Shown: positions 9,940 to 20,241, numbered from the stretch's first letter. The stretch: 64,000 nucleotides of DNA from a virus (IMGVR_UViG_3300025270_000009:37853-101852), one strand, 5' to 3'. Notes: generated by a model from the letters alone, not told the origin. Numbers and translations: made by a program.

Positions 9940-10854
9940 TTAGCCGCCCTGACTGTCCAAGCCAGCTCGGATACGGTCAACCCCTTTACCAACGGTCTTC
10001 TTAGCTCGACCGTTACTCTCTTTGGAATCAGAGCCTTCTTTAACCTTTGAACGCAAGATTGTGTCTTTGTCCGGGTCCGCCTCAATGATGCGCTGCAGGG
10101 CAACGTCGAAAGAGGCAGGGTCGCCGTTCTTATCAACAATCTTCGTGCGGTCTTTGGCTCCTGATGGTTTGTCGTAAGCAACCATTTTTCCATCTTCACC
10201 GACCTCAAAGTGGTCACCGTAAATCTTCTGAGTCTTCTGAGGAGAAGGTACCAGGTTTTCACGGATGAACTGGCTTTGGCCAAACTGTGAATCAACAACA
10301 AGAGATTTAAGCTGTGTATCGCGATCACCAAGTTGAGACTGCAATTCTTCAATGGTGGATGTCAGCTCACTAATTTTCTCATTAGCTTCGCTCTCAACCT
10401 GCTCAACACGACTGTCAGCTTCAGCGCGAATTGTCTGTTCAAGCTCTTCATAGTTGCCTTCTTCAGCCAACTTACGCTTTTCACCTTCTTTCTGTTGAGA
10501 CATAAGCTCTTGATACTGCTCAAGGTCGATGCCTTCAAACTTGCTGTTCAGCTCTTCAAGCTTGCTTTCAAGTTCTTGACGCTGAGTGCTCGCTTCTTCT
10601 AGCTGACCGCTTAGCTCTTTAATCTTTTCCTTGCGAGACATCGACTCTTTTAGAAGCTGACGTTTTTCAGGGTCCATGCCCTTGTCGTCATCACCTTCTT
10701 TACCGCCGTTGTCACCGCCTTCGTTGCCGCTGCCGCCTTCATCGCCGCCGTCGCTGCCGTTATCTTGGCCACCACCACCGGCTCCGCCGCCTTCGGCTCC
10801 TACTTGATCTTGAACTAATGTGCGATTAGCCATAAGTTTCTGGAAAAATGTCAT
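9940..10854 (-). CDS. capsid scaffolding protein
   Basis: Gly-rich N-terminus, acidic coiled coil, directly upstream of MCP. Confidence 0.8.
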   Translation of the reverse strand: MTFFQKLMANRTLVQDQVGAEGGGAGGGGQDNGSDGGDEGGSGNEGGDNGGKEGDDDKGMDPEKRQLLKESMSRKEKIKELSGQLEEASTQRQELESKLEELNSKFEGIDLEQYQELMSQQKEGEKRKLAEEGNYEELEQTIRAEADSRVEQVESEANEKISELTSTIEELQSQLGDRDTQLKSLVVDSQFGQSQFIRENLVPSPQKTQKIYGDHFEVGEDGKMVAYDKPSGAKDRTKIVDKNGDPASFDVALQRIIEADPDKDTILRSKVKEGSDSKESNGRAKKTVGKGVDRIRAGLDSQGG

Positions 10855-10924
10855 TGCTACTTACTCCTTCCAACGGTTTCTTGTTGGGTTAAAAAAAATA
10901 AACGCCATTCTCTCGGCAAAACTA

Positions 10925-12526
10925 CTACTCATCTTCGAGTTGATCAGACTCTTGACTTTCGTCATCTTGGTTCTGCTGATTAGGTAATGAAGATTTCACT
11001 TCCTCACCCAAACCAGAAGACTTTTCAAATTTCTCCAGGGCATCTTCCATTTCATCGATTGCTTCCTGAAGTTCTTTGATTTCTTTCTGAGGTGCACCCT
11101 GATAAAGCTTATTAACAGCTCGCTTCAACTGATACTGTCGCAATTTAAGCGGTGTAGTAATCATTTCGTAGCGTGCTGACAGCTGAAGCTCATCTTGTGC
11201 ACCAATAACATCGTAATTCTCCGGGTACTTAACCAGAGGCTCGTCGATGTACTTCTCATCCCATTTATCGTGGTAGCGCAGAACAATCTCTATAAGCTTG
11301 TTTTCCGCCCACTCAAGGCTTTGACCTTTTGAAATAAGAAGAGAATTGACGCGCTCAAAGTCGAACGCCTTAGCAACGCCGGATGAATTGTCGATACCCA
11401 TAGCGTTATCTTGCTTGGTACGCTCACCGGCCATGCCAATGCAGTGATAAATTTCATTGATGATCTGCTGAACCACGTCAGTGATCAGGCTTGCCTGTTT
11501 TGGATCTGGAGACAGGAACATCGGCTCTCCGCCTTCAGAGTCGTAAAGAAACACACGTTTGGTGCCGACTTCCTGCATCTTTTTTCGAGCTTCTTCATCG
11601 CCAGTTTCGTCATCAACACTCATGTGCTCCTGGAACAATGAGGATTGAGCCGGCATAGCGAGCTGAGAAAAGGTTTGGTCCTGGATGATTGCATCCAGGT
11701 TTGACAGGTAGTTGGCAACGGCGCGGTCGAGATAGGCAATATCATCAATTAGCGACTGAGAAGAATACTCTTCATCCGAAATCTGATGATCAACCGGGAA
11801 CACCGGAACAACGCCCAAGTTGTGAGAGCCTTCTTCGATAAGTCTCGATGGATCTTTGGACGTCGACTTGGGTTCATCTATCGAGCCACCTAGCTCGAAA
11901 AGATACCAGTCCGTCTGAGTCCAGATTCGAATTCGATCAACTTCCTTTGTGTCACCAAAAGGATCGGAGTCATGTCGAGCTTTCTCAGCAAACATGATCC
12001 AAATAATGTTGCCGTCATCGTCGTAGGCAACGTCAAGCATATCCTGGGGTCTCTTCCAGTAGAAAAACGTCCGATAATCGGCACGCTTTTCATCTTCGAC
12101 TGACTTAATTTCACCTAGAGCTTTCGTTGCATCAACAACTGCCCAAATACGGCCGTAGATGGATGACCCTTTCGAAAGTGTTGGCATCATTTTCTCGATA
12201 GACCAACCATTTCGACGAGAGCGACGCCAAAAGCGTTTAATTTCTTCAGGCGCGTCCTGTGAACGCACCACCTTGCCGCATCGCCAAACATATTTGTTGA
12301 CGAGATCAACGACTTCTCTGGTGTGGTTGAATCGATAAGCCCGCTTCTTGCGCTCTTCAAATTCTGACTTAGACTCCTTCATGTATTTGAAGATGTGCTT
12401 GTCGAACCAAGCACGACCACCACGATACGTCTCATAGAGAAAATCCCAATGAGGCTTCATGTCTTTGTATTGCGGATGTCGGCGTATCGCCAACTTATCG
12501 ATCTTTTCTTTACTGAATCCAGTCAT
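10925..12526 (-). CDS. portal protein
   Basis: 533 aa after TerL; HNLGVVP and SGVAKAFDF motifs. Confidence 0.88.
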   Translation of the reverse strand: MTGFSKEKIDKLAIRRHPQYKDMKPHWDFLYETYRGGRAWFDKHIFKYMKESKSEFEERKKRAYRFNHTREVVDLVNKYVWRCGKVVRSQDAPEEIKRFWRRSRRNGWSIEKMMPTLSKGSSIYGRIWAVVDATKALGEIKSVEDEKRADYRTFFYWKRPQDMLDVAYDDDGNIIWIMFAEKARHDSDPFGDTKEVDRIRIWTQTDWYLFELGGSIDEPKSTSKDPSRLIEEGSHNLGVVPVFPVDHQISDEEYSSQSLIDDIAYLDRAVANYLSNLDAIIQDQTFSQLAMPAQSSLFQEHMSVDDETGDEEARKKMQEVGTKRVFLYDSEGGEPMFLSPDPKQASLITDVVQQIINEIYHCIGMAGERTKQDNAMGIDNSSGVAKAFDFERVNSLLISKGQSLEWAENKLIEIVLRYHDKWDEKYIDEPLVKYPENYDVIGAQDELQLSARYEMITTPLKLRQYQLKRAVNKLYQGAPQKEIKELQEAIDEMEDALEKFEKSSGLGEEVKSSLPNQQNQDDESQESDQLEDE

Positions 12527-12552
12527 ATTGTTAATTCTACTATTGTTCCTAA

Positions 12553-12572
12553 GTATGTCAACGCTGAGATAT
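12553..12572. promoter_or_regulatory. operator copy
   Basis: gtatgtcaacgctgagatat. Confidence 0.8.
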
Positions 12573-12580
12573 AATAGTTC

Positions 12581-13861
12581 CTAAAGATTTGTCCCGAGAA
12601 GCTTAACTTTCTTAATTGGGAACTTGTATTCAATAGGATAACCAACAGCATCAGTTGCGTGCTCCACTCCGCCTCGCTTGTCGACTTCGGGGGCACCCTC
12701 TTTAAATATCGTCTGTTCAAATGACTTGATCGTTTTCTTGCAAGAACGATCAATGAACAAACGAGCTTCGCCTTTTGCGTCAGAGAACATTCGGTTAACA
12801 GAGTTAATCCGGTCTGCGACAAGTGGCGCTTTCTTCTTGAAAATAATCTTCTTAAACCCGGCGTCGCGGAATATGTCAAAGCTTGTTTCACCACGAGCGT
12901 GCTGACGGTTATTGCCTGACGGGTCCGGGAAGATGCTGATTTTACTCTTGTGTCTCCAATACCGGCGCTCGAGTTCATTCGAAACATCGACTACTGAAGA
13001 GCGGTCGCGAATGATTTCATCGACAATCCAGACTTCGCCATTCTTCTGAGGCTGCATAACCACCGTTGACATTGGGTCAACGTTAAAGTCCTGGCCGACC
13101 CAAATTGGAAGGTCAGGGTTGAACTTGTAGTCCCCAACGTGCTTCTTGCGATCAAACGAGTGATAGACACGGCCTGATACAGACTCGAACGATGCTTCAA
13201 ATTCCTGTCTGAACGTTTTGTCGTCCATATCCTGCTTCGCCTGTTCAATCTCAGACGGCGGTATGAACGGACTCGATATTGTTGGAAACTGCCAACTTTG
13301 CCATTCAGGGTTATCTGACTGGCCATTAGTGTAAAGTTCATAAAGCAAGTTGTAAGATTTTGGTGTGCCTATCATCATGGCATCACCACCGGAGTCTACC
13401 AGTGTCGGACGAATTGCTTCGTACCAAACTTCCGGGGACATATCCTGGATCTCATCGAGTACGGCGTATTGAAGTGATACACCACGCAAAGAGTCAGGAT
13501 TGTCTGCTGATTTACACTGTATGATTGATCCGTTTTTCAGGATCAATCTCATTTCAGCTTCGTTTTTCTTTTTAACCCACTGTTTAGGGACTGACTTAAC
13601 CAAGCTCATCCACATGATTTGCTTGGCCATTTGGAAAGATGGAGCTATGTACCACACCATCTTGCCTTTATTTTTGGCCGCAAACTCTATCATTTGCGAC
13701 TTGGCTAACTCAGTTTTACCCCAACGGCGACCTGCAACAACAACCTTAAAACGGGCTCGCGTATTGCGAACCTCCATCTGTTTAGGATGTAGCTTGGTTA
13801 CCTGTCTGTTTCTCTGCCGGCTCGACCTGGTAACTCGGCCAGCTCTTGCTAGCTGGCTCAT
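12581..13861 (-). CDS. terL: terminase large subunit
   Basis: Walker A GRRWGKT, LRG, Walker B AVLDE, GTP coupling motif, nuclease GQDFN and HATDA. Confidence 0.96.
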   Translation of the reverse strand: MSQLARAGRVTRSSRQRNRQVTKLHPKQMEVRNTRARFKVVVAGRRWGKTELAKSQMIEFAAKNKGKMVWYIAPSFQMAKQIMWMSLVKSVPKQWVKKKNEAEMRLILKNGSIIQCKSADNPDSLRGVSLQYAVLDEIQDMSPEVWYEAIRPTLVDSGGDAMMIGTPKSYNLLYELYTNGQSDNPEWQSWQFPTISSPFIPPSEIEQAKQDMDDKTFRQEFEASFESVSGRVYHSFDRKKHVGDYKFNPDLPIWVGQDFNVDPMSTVVMQPQKNGEVWIVDEIIRDRSSVVDVSNELERRYWRHKSKISIFPDPSGNNRQHARGETSFDIFRDAGFKKIIFKKKAPLVADRINSVNRMFSDAKGEARLFIDRSCKKTIKSFEQTIFKEGAPEVDKRGGVEHATDAVGYPIEYKFPIKKVKLLGTNL

Positions 13862-14469
13862 CAGTCACCATCCTCGTCAATGTCTTCAACGTCAGCATCA
13901 ACTACTTCGCCACGGCTTTCCCGGTATTGAAGCTCCTGCTGTCTTCTTATCTGGCCAATGTCATCTTCAGACATTTCACCAACCAACAGATCCGGTAGAT
14001 CGTCGTCTTCCGTCTGGTCTTCACCAAAGAACTTGCTTGCAACATCCTGTATCGTTCTGAAAGACAGCGCCAAGCCTTGTAGAGCTTTTACGTCATCGCC
14101 AAGCAAAGCCAGAGAAGTAGCCTTCTCACCCTGATTCTTTTTAAGAATTCTTAGGTGAGAATTGACAAGCATTTGCAGCGCTGCGTGCTGCTGCATATCC
14201 CACTTCTCCAGGCGATCCTTTTTGATGCGCTCTTCTTCAGAAAGCTCTTCTTGCTCTTCCTGTTCTAGACGGCTCATTAGGCTTTCTTCGATGCGCTTTT
14301 TTAAAACGCCCTTCTCCCAACCATTCCGGCGAATGATCGAGTAAACTGTGTCACGTTTCAGATTCAGCGTTTCCGCAATATCATCGACGGTATGCTCACC
14401 TTCCTCCCACATGGATTTGATAGCATACTTGTCACCGGTCATGACTTTTGTGCGTGTTTTACTTGGCAT
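13861..14469 (-). CDS. terS: terminase small subunit (HTH)
   Basis: N-terminal HTH; coupled to terL. Confidence 0.7.
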   Translation of the reverse strand: MPSKTRTKVMTGDKYAIKSMWEEGEHTVDDIAETLNLKRDTVYSIIRRNGWEKGVLKKRIEESLMSRLEQEEQEELSEEERIKKDRLEKWDMQQHAALQMLVNSHLRILKKNQGEKATSLALLGDDVKALQGLALSFRTIQDVASKFFGEDQTEDDDLPDLLVGEMSEDDIGQIRRQQELQYRESRGEVVDADVEDIDEDGD

Positions 14470-14566
14470 TCAAAAACCCTAAAAATCGTTATCCCTAGAA
14501 ACAAGTGCCTACTCTAAAGCTCTTGATATCCGGGGCTTAGAGAGATATCCGGACTTGAGTTTTCAA

Positions 14567-14671
14567 TTTTTAGGGTCAAAACGTGTCTCTCTATATATAT
14601 ATTTATACTTTTTACTAATTATTTATTTATATATTTATAAACAAACGAAAAACCCGGATTGACCCTAAAAA
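14567..14671. repeat. 13-bp inverted repeat flanking AT-rich core
   Basis: tttttagggtcaa (14567-14579) / ttgaccctaaaaa (14659-14671) around TA-rich tract. Confidence 0.8.
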
Positions 14672-14683
14672 CTCTGCCTAAAA

Positions 14684-14947
14684 TTAACTCAAGTACAAAC
14701 TACCTTTGTCAGTGATAACCCATAAACACCGGCTAGCACCTCTACGTTTCTGATACCCGGATTTCTTAATCAAACCTTTTTCCTTTAAACTCCGGAGTGA
14801 AAACTGGATAGCCGGTTTAGTCACTTCGTAAGGAACTTTCTTAATGATCTGGTCCAGGTCCATGTGGCGTCCGGGGTGCTCTTTTTCGTAACTACCACCG
14901 GCTACCAATGTTTTTAGAATCATTCGCTGTTTTTTCGTTAAATTCAT
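14684..14947 (-). CDS. winged-HTH (MarR-like) regulator
   Basis: LTKKQRMIL..SLRSLKEKGLI..ITDKG pattern. Confidence 0.75.
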   Translation of the reverse strand: MNLTKKQRMILKTLVAGGSYEKEHPGRHMDLDQIIKKVPYEVTKPAIQFSLRSLKEKGLIKKSGYQKRRGASRCLWVITDKGSLYLS

Positions 14948-15002
14948 AAAACGCTCTCAAATCGTTTCTAAGCGGTTAAAATGTCTTACCCTTTACAATG
15001 TG

Positions 15003-15022
15003 ATATCTCAGCATTGAAATAC
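15003..15022. promoter_or_regulatory. operator copy
   Basis: atatctcagcattgaaatac. Confidence 0.8.
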
Positions 15023-15032
15023 TTATATGAGC

Positions 15033-15914
15033 TCAGTCAGCTTCGAGATCGTGCATCGACAGGGGGTCATTCAGCCCTTGTTTGTCAAATTCTCGAAGCT
15101 TTAGCTGTTTTGGCAGCTCTCGACCGTAGTCTGGATTTGTGTAAACACCATAAAGCAGTTGTGTGTGAATCAACTGATTGCAGTTTTTCAAAAGCTGCTT
15201 GTCGGTGTACTTGTCAGCCAGAGAATCTATCTTCTTGCCTAAATTCACACCCGTTTTGTCTTTGGTTGTGAACTTCCAATAGAACTCTTCAAAGTCCTGC
15301 CTAAGCATTTTCTTGATAGGCCCCGGCTTTGACTGCCACTCTTCATAGACCGCAACCCAGTCGTAAATGTTGCAATCAAAACGCTGAGACAAAAATTCAA
15401 TGCCGGCTTCATAGGCAAAAGAACGACTCGGAGGTGCATAAACGAATCCCGATTTTTTGGCAAACGGGTTAAATCGCATCATTGCCGATGTAATCTCGAT
15501 GTATTTACGCCCGGTCATGCGGCACGCTAAGTTCACCATGCGGTATGAGACGCCGGCTCCTCGAAAAATCGGGCTTGTCACTATGCGTGACGCACGTAAG
15601 AAGTTTTCATTGAGGAATTTAGCTCTCACTTGATTTGACGTTTTGGTCTCGGTACCCGTTGGCTTCAGTCTCGGAAACATTACATGACGCTCTTTCAAGA
15701 GCATCTGAGGGGTCGAGAAAACGATCACTCCGATCAATTCATCGCGCAACATACAACGATACATTGAGTGACGCGGCGGCATCGACTCGGCTTTGTAATG
15801 CAAGTGGTGCAACTTGTCCCAGTCTTCCAATGTAGCCGGCTCGACAACCATTTCATCTAAAAGTGAAAGTGCCGGGGAATCCGGCACGTTATTTTCAATG
15901 ACTTCTGGATTCAT
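15033..15914 (-). CDS. GNAT-fold (Mom-like) acyltransferase
   Basis: SRIVTSPIFRGAG acetyl-CoA motif A; NPFAKKSGF. Confidence 0.75.
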   Translation of the reverse strand: MNPEVIENNVPDSPALSLLDEMVVEPATLEDWDKLHHLHYKAESMPPRHSMYRCMLRDELIGVIVFSTPQMLLKERHVMFPRLKPTGTETKTSNQVRAKFLNENFLRASRIVTSPIFRGAGVSYRMVNLACRMTGRKYIEITSAMMRFNPFAKKSGFVYAPPSRSFAYEAGIEFLSQRFDCNIYDWVAVYEEWQSKPGPIKKMLRQDFEEFYWKFTTKDKTGVNLGKKIDSLADKYTDKQLLKNCNQLIHTQLLYGVYTNPDYGRELPKQLKLREFDKQGLNDPLSMHDLEAD

Positions 15915-16585
15915 CAGTAGACCTCCAGCTCGGCCGGGTCGGTTACCAACATTTTCTTCTCATGGGCGTACTTCTTAATAATCGTCTTATTAGCGCCCAG
16001 GTCACGCTGCAGGTCGCGATGAGTGGTTGCGGCCACTACTGCAATTTTGTGCTTCAATGAGACATTCCAGATGTGCCTGGCAAGCACTTTTGCAGTCTCT
16101 CTGTCCAAAATTGCACCAAATTCGTCGCAAATAATGACATCGACGTTCTTCTCAAGCAGCTTTGCAATTCGCAAACGGTATTTCTGACCGTCCGACAGCT
16201 GATTAGGCTTTCGGATGAATAGGTGTGCATCGTTCAAACCCGCCATGTTCAAAAGTTCGATAGCGTGATTGGTCGTCTCACCTAACTGGTCGACAAGCGG
16301 CTTATCTTCAATATCGACTTCGTCCAGATCACCAACTTTGAGACCGGCGTCGATGTAGTCTTGCTTCATCTGACGCAAAAGCTGAGTTTTTCCAGAGCCG
16401 GATTGCCCGGTTACATAGATACGCTCGCCTTTTTCAGTCTCAAAGTTAAAGTCTTCGTAGACAGTAAACGTGCTGTCCGCCATATCCATGCCGAACGCTT
16501 CACAGGCTTCAATAACCCGATCAGTCCGTTCGACCGAGATCGGGAATTTAATGTTAATGCTATGCTGAATGGGAAAATTAGACAT
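15914..16585 (-). CDS. ABC-type ATPase (no membrane partner)
   Basis: GQSGSGKT, LSDGQ, IICDE, H-loop TTH; likely start MSNFP at 16585. Confidence 0.88.
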   Translation of the reverse strand: MSNFPIQHSINIKFPISVERTDRVIEACEAFGMDMADSTFTVYEDFNFETEKGERIYVTGQSGSGKTQLLRQMKQDYIDAGLKVGDLDEVDIEDKPLVDQLGETTNHAIELLNMAGLNDAHLFIRKPNQLSDGQKYRLRIAKLLEKNVDVIICDEFGAILDRETAKVLARHIWNVSLKHKIAVVAATTHRDLQRDLGANKTIIKKYAHEKKMLVTDPAELEVY

Positions 16586-17279
16586 TGGCACTCTCCAACA
16601 ACGCAACAAAGGCCTCTGAACGTTGCTCGTCAGTGGCTTTAACCGGGTCATGGCCAAGCTCGTCTAGCTTAATGGCCATAAACTCACGTAATTTTCGTGC
16701 GTGTTTTTGAGTGACCGTCTTAAAGCCGACCGTTTTAGTCAGTGCAACCGTCTGATCGCCCTCGTCTTCAACTTCATCATCTTCGATCCCGGGATCTACC
16801 TCAGTCTCGTCTTCAATGTCATCCAGAGGCACTTCCATTTCACCTAAATCTTCAGTGAAAAGCTCCAAGTCACGAACTGAAAAGCCGGTCATTGCCGCCA
16901 AATCTTCTTCGCTAATGTCCTCATCAAGCTCTTTCATGATGACGTTCATTTCGAGCTTTTCCATTTCCGCATCGTACTCGGTCGATGTGGTTCGGTTCGC
17001 TGCCAGGCGTAAGCGACGCATTTGCGCTTTACTCAGGTCATCACGAACGTAGACAGGTATCTTTTTCCAGCCTAGCTTGTTTCTGCAGGTCATCCATCGA
17101 CCGTGACCGCTGATTATAGTGCCGTCAGGCTCGATATGAGGGTATTGCTCAAGCCCCTGGTCTTGAATTGACGCGGCGAGGCGCTCAAGGTGTTCATCCG
17201 GGTGCTTTTTGGGATTGTTTTCGTATGGCTTGAGATCATCAATATCAACAAGCTTCGGCTCTAAGATTACTTTATCCAT
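16578..17279 (-). CDS. ParB/Srx N-terminal domain protein
   Basis: LKPYENNPKKH..IISGHGR..LRLAANR. Confidence 0.88.
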   Translation of the reverse strand: MDKVILEPKLVDIDDLKPYENNPKKHPDEHLERLAASIQDQGLEQYPHIEPDGTIISGHGRWMTCRNKLGWKKIPVYVRDDLSKAQMRRLRLAANRTTSTEYDAEMEKLEMNVIMKELDEDISEEDLAAMTGFSVRDLELFTEDLGEMEVPLDDIEDETEVDPGIEDDEVEDEGDQTVALTKTVGFKTVTQKHARKLREFMAIKLDELGHDPVKATDEQRSEAFVALLESANV

Positions 17280-17928
17280 CGTGGTTCTCCAGGTACTCTC
17301 TCATGCACTCAGCCAAAGCTTCACCCCGGTTAATGGCATTATCGGAGTCGTCAAGCTCTAGCATATCGACGATTTTGTTCAGGTCGCGCTCAAAGTCTTC
17401 GTGAAAATCAATGCTCACTCGAACACGAACAGGCTTGTATAGCTTCAGATCGGTGGTTGTGTCTTTGCGATCAACTTCTGGCGGTGTCTCGTCGATGTCG
17501 TCCAGGTCATCAAGCGAAACGTCTGTAGCCCCCATAATCTCTTTCAGCTCGTCTTCATCGATTGGTAGAGTTTCTACCGCAACATCTTCAAGTTCACGAA
17601 GCAGTTCGTTCAGGGCGTACTGGTCGTCATAACCATAGCGTGAGTTATCAGCAATAGTGATTTGCTTAGCACGCTCGTCTGAGATATTTCCCAAGTTAAT
17701 GTACGGCGCTTCTTTACCGCGCTGGATGTAGTACTCACGACGATGGGCGCCGCCGAGAATTTCATGCGTACCGTCTTCTAACTCCCGGACTAGCAACGGT
17801 TTGAACTCGCCTTCGTCCATTGAAGCGAACAGCTTTTGTTCGTTCTCTGCACTCATCTGGTTCGGGTTCCAGTCGTTCGGAATGAGCTCTGACGGGTCCC
17901 CGTATTGGATAATTAGTTTGTCACTCAT
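17272..17928 (-). CDS. ParB/Srx N-terminal domain protein
   Basis: PNDWNPN..EILGGAHR..TIADN. Confidence 0.85.
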   Translation of the reverse strand: MSDKLIIQYGDPSELIPNDWNPNQMSAENEQKLFASMDEGEFKPLLVRELEDGTHEILGGAHRREYYIQRGKEAPYINLGNISDERAKQITIADNSRYGYDDQYALNELLRELEDVAVETLPIDEDELKEIMGATDVSLDDLDDIDETPPEVDRKDTTTDLKLYKPVRVRVSIDFHEDFERDLNKIVDMLELDDSDNAINRGEALAECMREYLENHDG

Positions 17929-17961
17929 TTGACCGCCTCAAAGTATAAGTATAAGATTCAT

Positions 17962-17981
17962 GTATCTCAATTATGACATAC
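17962..17981. promoter_or_regulatory. operator copy between divergent ParB and helicase genes
   Basis: gtatctcaattatgacatac. Confidence 0.85.
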
Positions 17982-18007
17982 ATTTTCCAAATATATAAGG
18001 AATCGAT

Positions 18008-19693
18008 ATGAGTGAAAGAGTCGTAATAGGCTCGGGAGCCGTCAAAGCCCAGGTCTTCGAGGGCTCGCGTGACGTTGAGCGCATCATAAATAAAGCGCTC
18101 AGCTACCACGTCTACGGCAGTGAGCACATGAACGAAAAAGGGGCTGCAACGGGATGGGACGGCATGAGCAGCTTTTACTCGTTCAGGAAGAAACAGTTTC
18201 CGGCCGGTTTTGCACGCTCGGTTGTGACGTCTTTGCGCAAGAAGGGTTACAACGTTATATGGAAGCAACGCCAAGCACCGGAGCCACTGGGCCCACTAAA
18301 ACCGAAAGTAGATGACTTTCCGGAAGATCCACGTTACAGCTATCAACCTGAAACGGTCAATCGCCTGGTGAAGTACCAAAAAATCATTGCGAAAGCAGCA
18401 ACCGGCGCTGGCAAGTCACGTATAGCACGTTTAGCGCATAAGCGCATCGGCAGAAAGACATTATTTCTAACGACTCGCGGCATTTTGATGCACCAGATGA
18501 AAGAAGGCTATGAAGAGTCCATCGGTGAAAAAGCGGGAATTGTTGGTGACGGCGAATGGGACGAAGTCAACGGCTTTAACGTTGGCATGGTGCAAACACT
18601 CGCTCAAGCACTGGAGCCGGCTGACCTCAAGAAAGAAACTGAGCGCTACTTCTCCAATAAAGAAGCCGAGCTCGACCGCGATGTTGAGCGAATCAAACGA
18701 GCTCGCAAGCGTCAGGGTTTTGCGCTTGGCAAAATCATGGACGAGATTGCTGACTATCGTGATAAATTCAATGAATCGCAACCAAGCTCTGAAGAAATAG
18801 AGAAAATAGTGCGTAAGCGCTATGAGCGCCAAAAAGAGCGTAATGAAAAAGCGCTCAAGTTCTTAGAGACCGTCGACCTTCTCATCTTAGAGGAGGCGCA
18901 CGAAACCGGGTCTGATAGCTATTACAAGGTTTGCAATGCGTGTAAAAACGCCATGTACCGCTTGGCACTAACCGGTACCGCCTTTCAGAAGTCTCAGGCA
19001 GAGGATAATATGCGCCTCATGGCCGTCAGCGGCCCAATTGGCATTATCATCAGCGAAAAACTGCTTATTGACCGGGGCATTTTGGCCACACCGAAGTTTA
19101 TGTTCCGTGATGTTACGGCGCCGACCAAGCTTTACCGCTCGACGGGTTACCAACGAGCTTACAAATTCGGCATTGTCGAGAACCAGTTGCGCAATGAAGA
19201 TGCGGTTATGCACGCCACACACCTCTCATCGTTCGGTCTGACCTCGATGATGCTTGTTGGCCAGAAGAATCACGGTAAGATCTTAAAGTCGATGCTTGAA
19301 GACGCCGGATTAAGGGCTGAGTTTATCCTGGGCGAAAACAGCCAGAAACAACGCCAGGCTGCGCTCAATAAACTTGGCCAGGGCAAAATCGATGTATTGA
19401 TTGGCACGACTATTCTGGATGTCGGTGTTGATGTTCCCAGTGTCGGCGCCGTCTTTCTTCTCGGTGGCGGTAAAGACGAGGTCAGTCACAGACAGCGTAT
19501 TGGTCGTGGACTGCGAGCCAAGAAGTCAGGGCCCAACATTTGCTTTGTGTTTGACTATCTCGACCGCAAGAACAAACACCTCAAAGAGCACGCGGCCACA
19601 CGCCTTAAAATCATTAAGGATACGCCAGGCTTCAGAGAGAACATTGTCGAAAACCTTGAGCCTGAAAAGTTTGGCTTTGAGAGGGCTGCGTAA
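18008..19693 (+). CDS. superfamily 2 helicase
   Basis: ATGAGKS, EEAH, LTGT, QRIGRGLR motifs. Confidence 0.92.
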   Translation: MSERVVIGSGAVKAQVFEGSRDVERIINKALSYHVYGSEHMNEKGAATGWDGMSSFYSFRKKQFPAGFARSVVTSLRKKGYNVIWKQRQAPEPLGPLKPKVDDFPEDPRYSYQPETVNRLVKYQKIIAKAATGAGKSRIARLAHKRIGRKTLFLTTRGILMHQMKEGYEESIGEKAGIVGDGEWDEVNGFNVGMVQTLAQALEPADLKKETERYFSNKEAELDRDVERIKRARKRQGFALGKIMDEIADYRDKFNESQPSSEEIEKIVRKRYERQKERNEKALKFLETVDLLILEEAHETGSDSYYKVCNACKNAMYRLALTGTAFQKSQAEDNMRLMAVSGPIGIIISEKLLIDRGILATPKFMFRDVTAPTKLYRSTGYQRAYKFGIVENQLRNEDAVMHATHLSSFGLTSMMLVGQKNHGKILKSMLEDAGLRAEFILGENSQKQRQAALNKLGQGKIDVLIGTTILDVGVDVPSVGAVFLLGGGKDEVSHRQRIGRGLRAKKSGPNICFVFDYLDRKNKHLKEHAATRLKIIKDTPGFRENIVENLEPEKFGFERAA

Positions 19694-20238
19694 TGGCTCT
19701 CAGATTTGGCAAAACAAAGAAAATCGACCTGAGCAAGCTGACAGCGAGAGAAATCACCTCTCGCTTTCACACCATTATCGGCCAAAAACACTACGAGTCG
19801 TGCTATCCAAACGTTGTTCTCGACGAATGGGGTGAGCTCGATATCCTGGCTTTTCGAAAGTCAGGTTTTGCTGATGAGTTTGAGGTGAAAATAAGCCGCT
19901 CCGACTTCAAGCAGGACTTCAAAAAGACCTGCCATTTCGAAAGGCGTGGAGACGACACGCGCAGAAAGCACAGAAACCCGGTTCGCGACAAACACGGCTG
20001 TCTTGAGGCCGGAGACTGTCTGCCCAACTATTTCTGGTTTGTGACTCCCAAGGGGCTCTTAAAACCCGAAGAGATTCCGGAATACGCCGGTCTTATCGAA
20101 GTCAGTGAGCTCGGCATCCCACACTTCATAAAGTCGGCGCCGAGACTGCACAGGCACAAGCTCGACCCGGAGAGACGGTACTACATTGCTCGAAAACTAA
20201 GCTTTCGGTACTGGGATATGATAAAAAAGAGTTTTTAG
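19693..20238 (+). CDS. PD-(D/E)XK nuclease (MmcB-like)
   Basis: ELDIL..EFEVKISRSDF..NYFWFV. Confidence 0.7.
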   Translation: MALRFGKTKKIDLSKLTAREITSRFHTIIGQKHYESCYPNVVLDEWGELDILAFRKSGFADEFEVKISRSDFKQDFKKTCHFERRGDDTRRKHRNPVRDKHGCLEAGDCLPNYFWFVTPKGLLKPEEIPEYAGLIEVSELGIPHFIKSAPRLHRHKLDPERRYYIARKLSFRYWDMIKKSF

Positions 20239-20241
20239 GGG

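Noticed and set aside
306-14344. Numerous plus-strand ORFs over the structural operon (and antisense ORFs elsewhere)
   Set aside because: Shadow frames of well-supported minus-strand genes.
16578-17928. ParB genes as the plasmid partition system
   Set aside because: No adjacent ParA or evident HTH/parS-binding domain; context with ABC ATPase, GNAT and terminase fits a different role.
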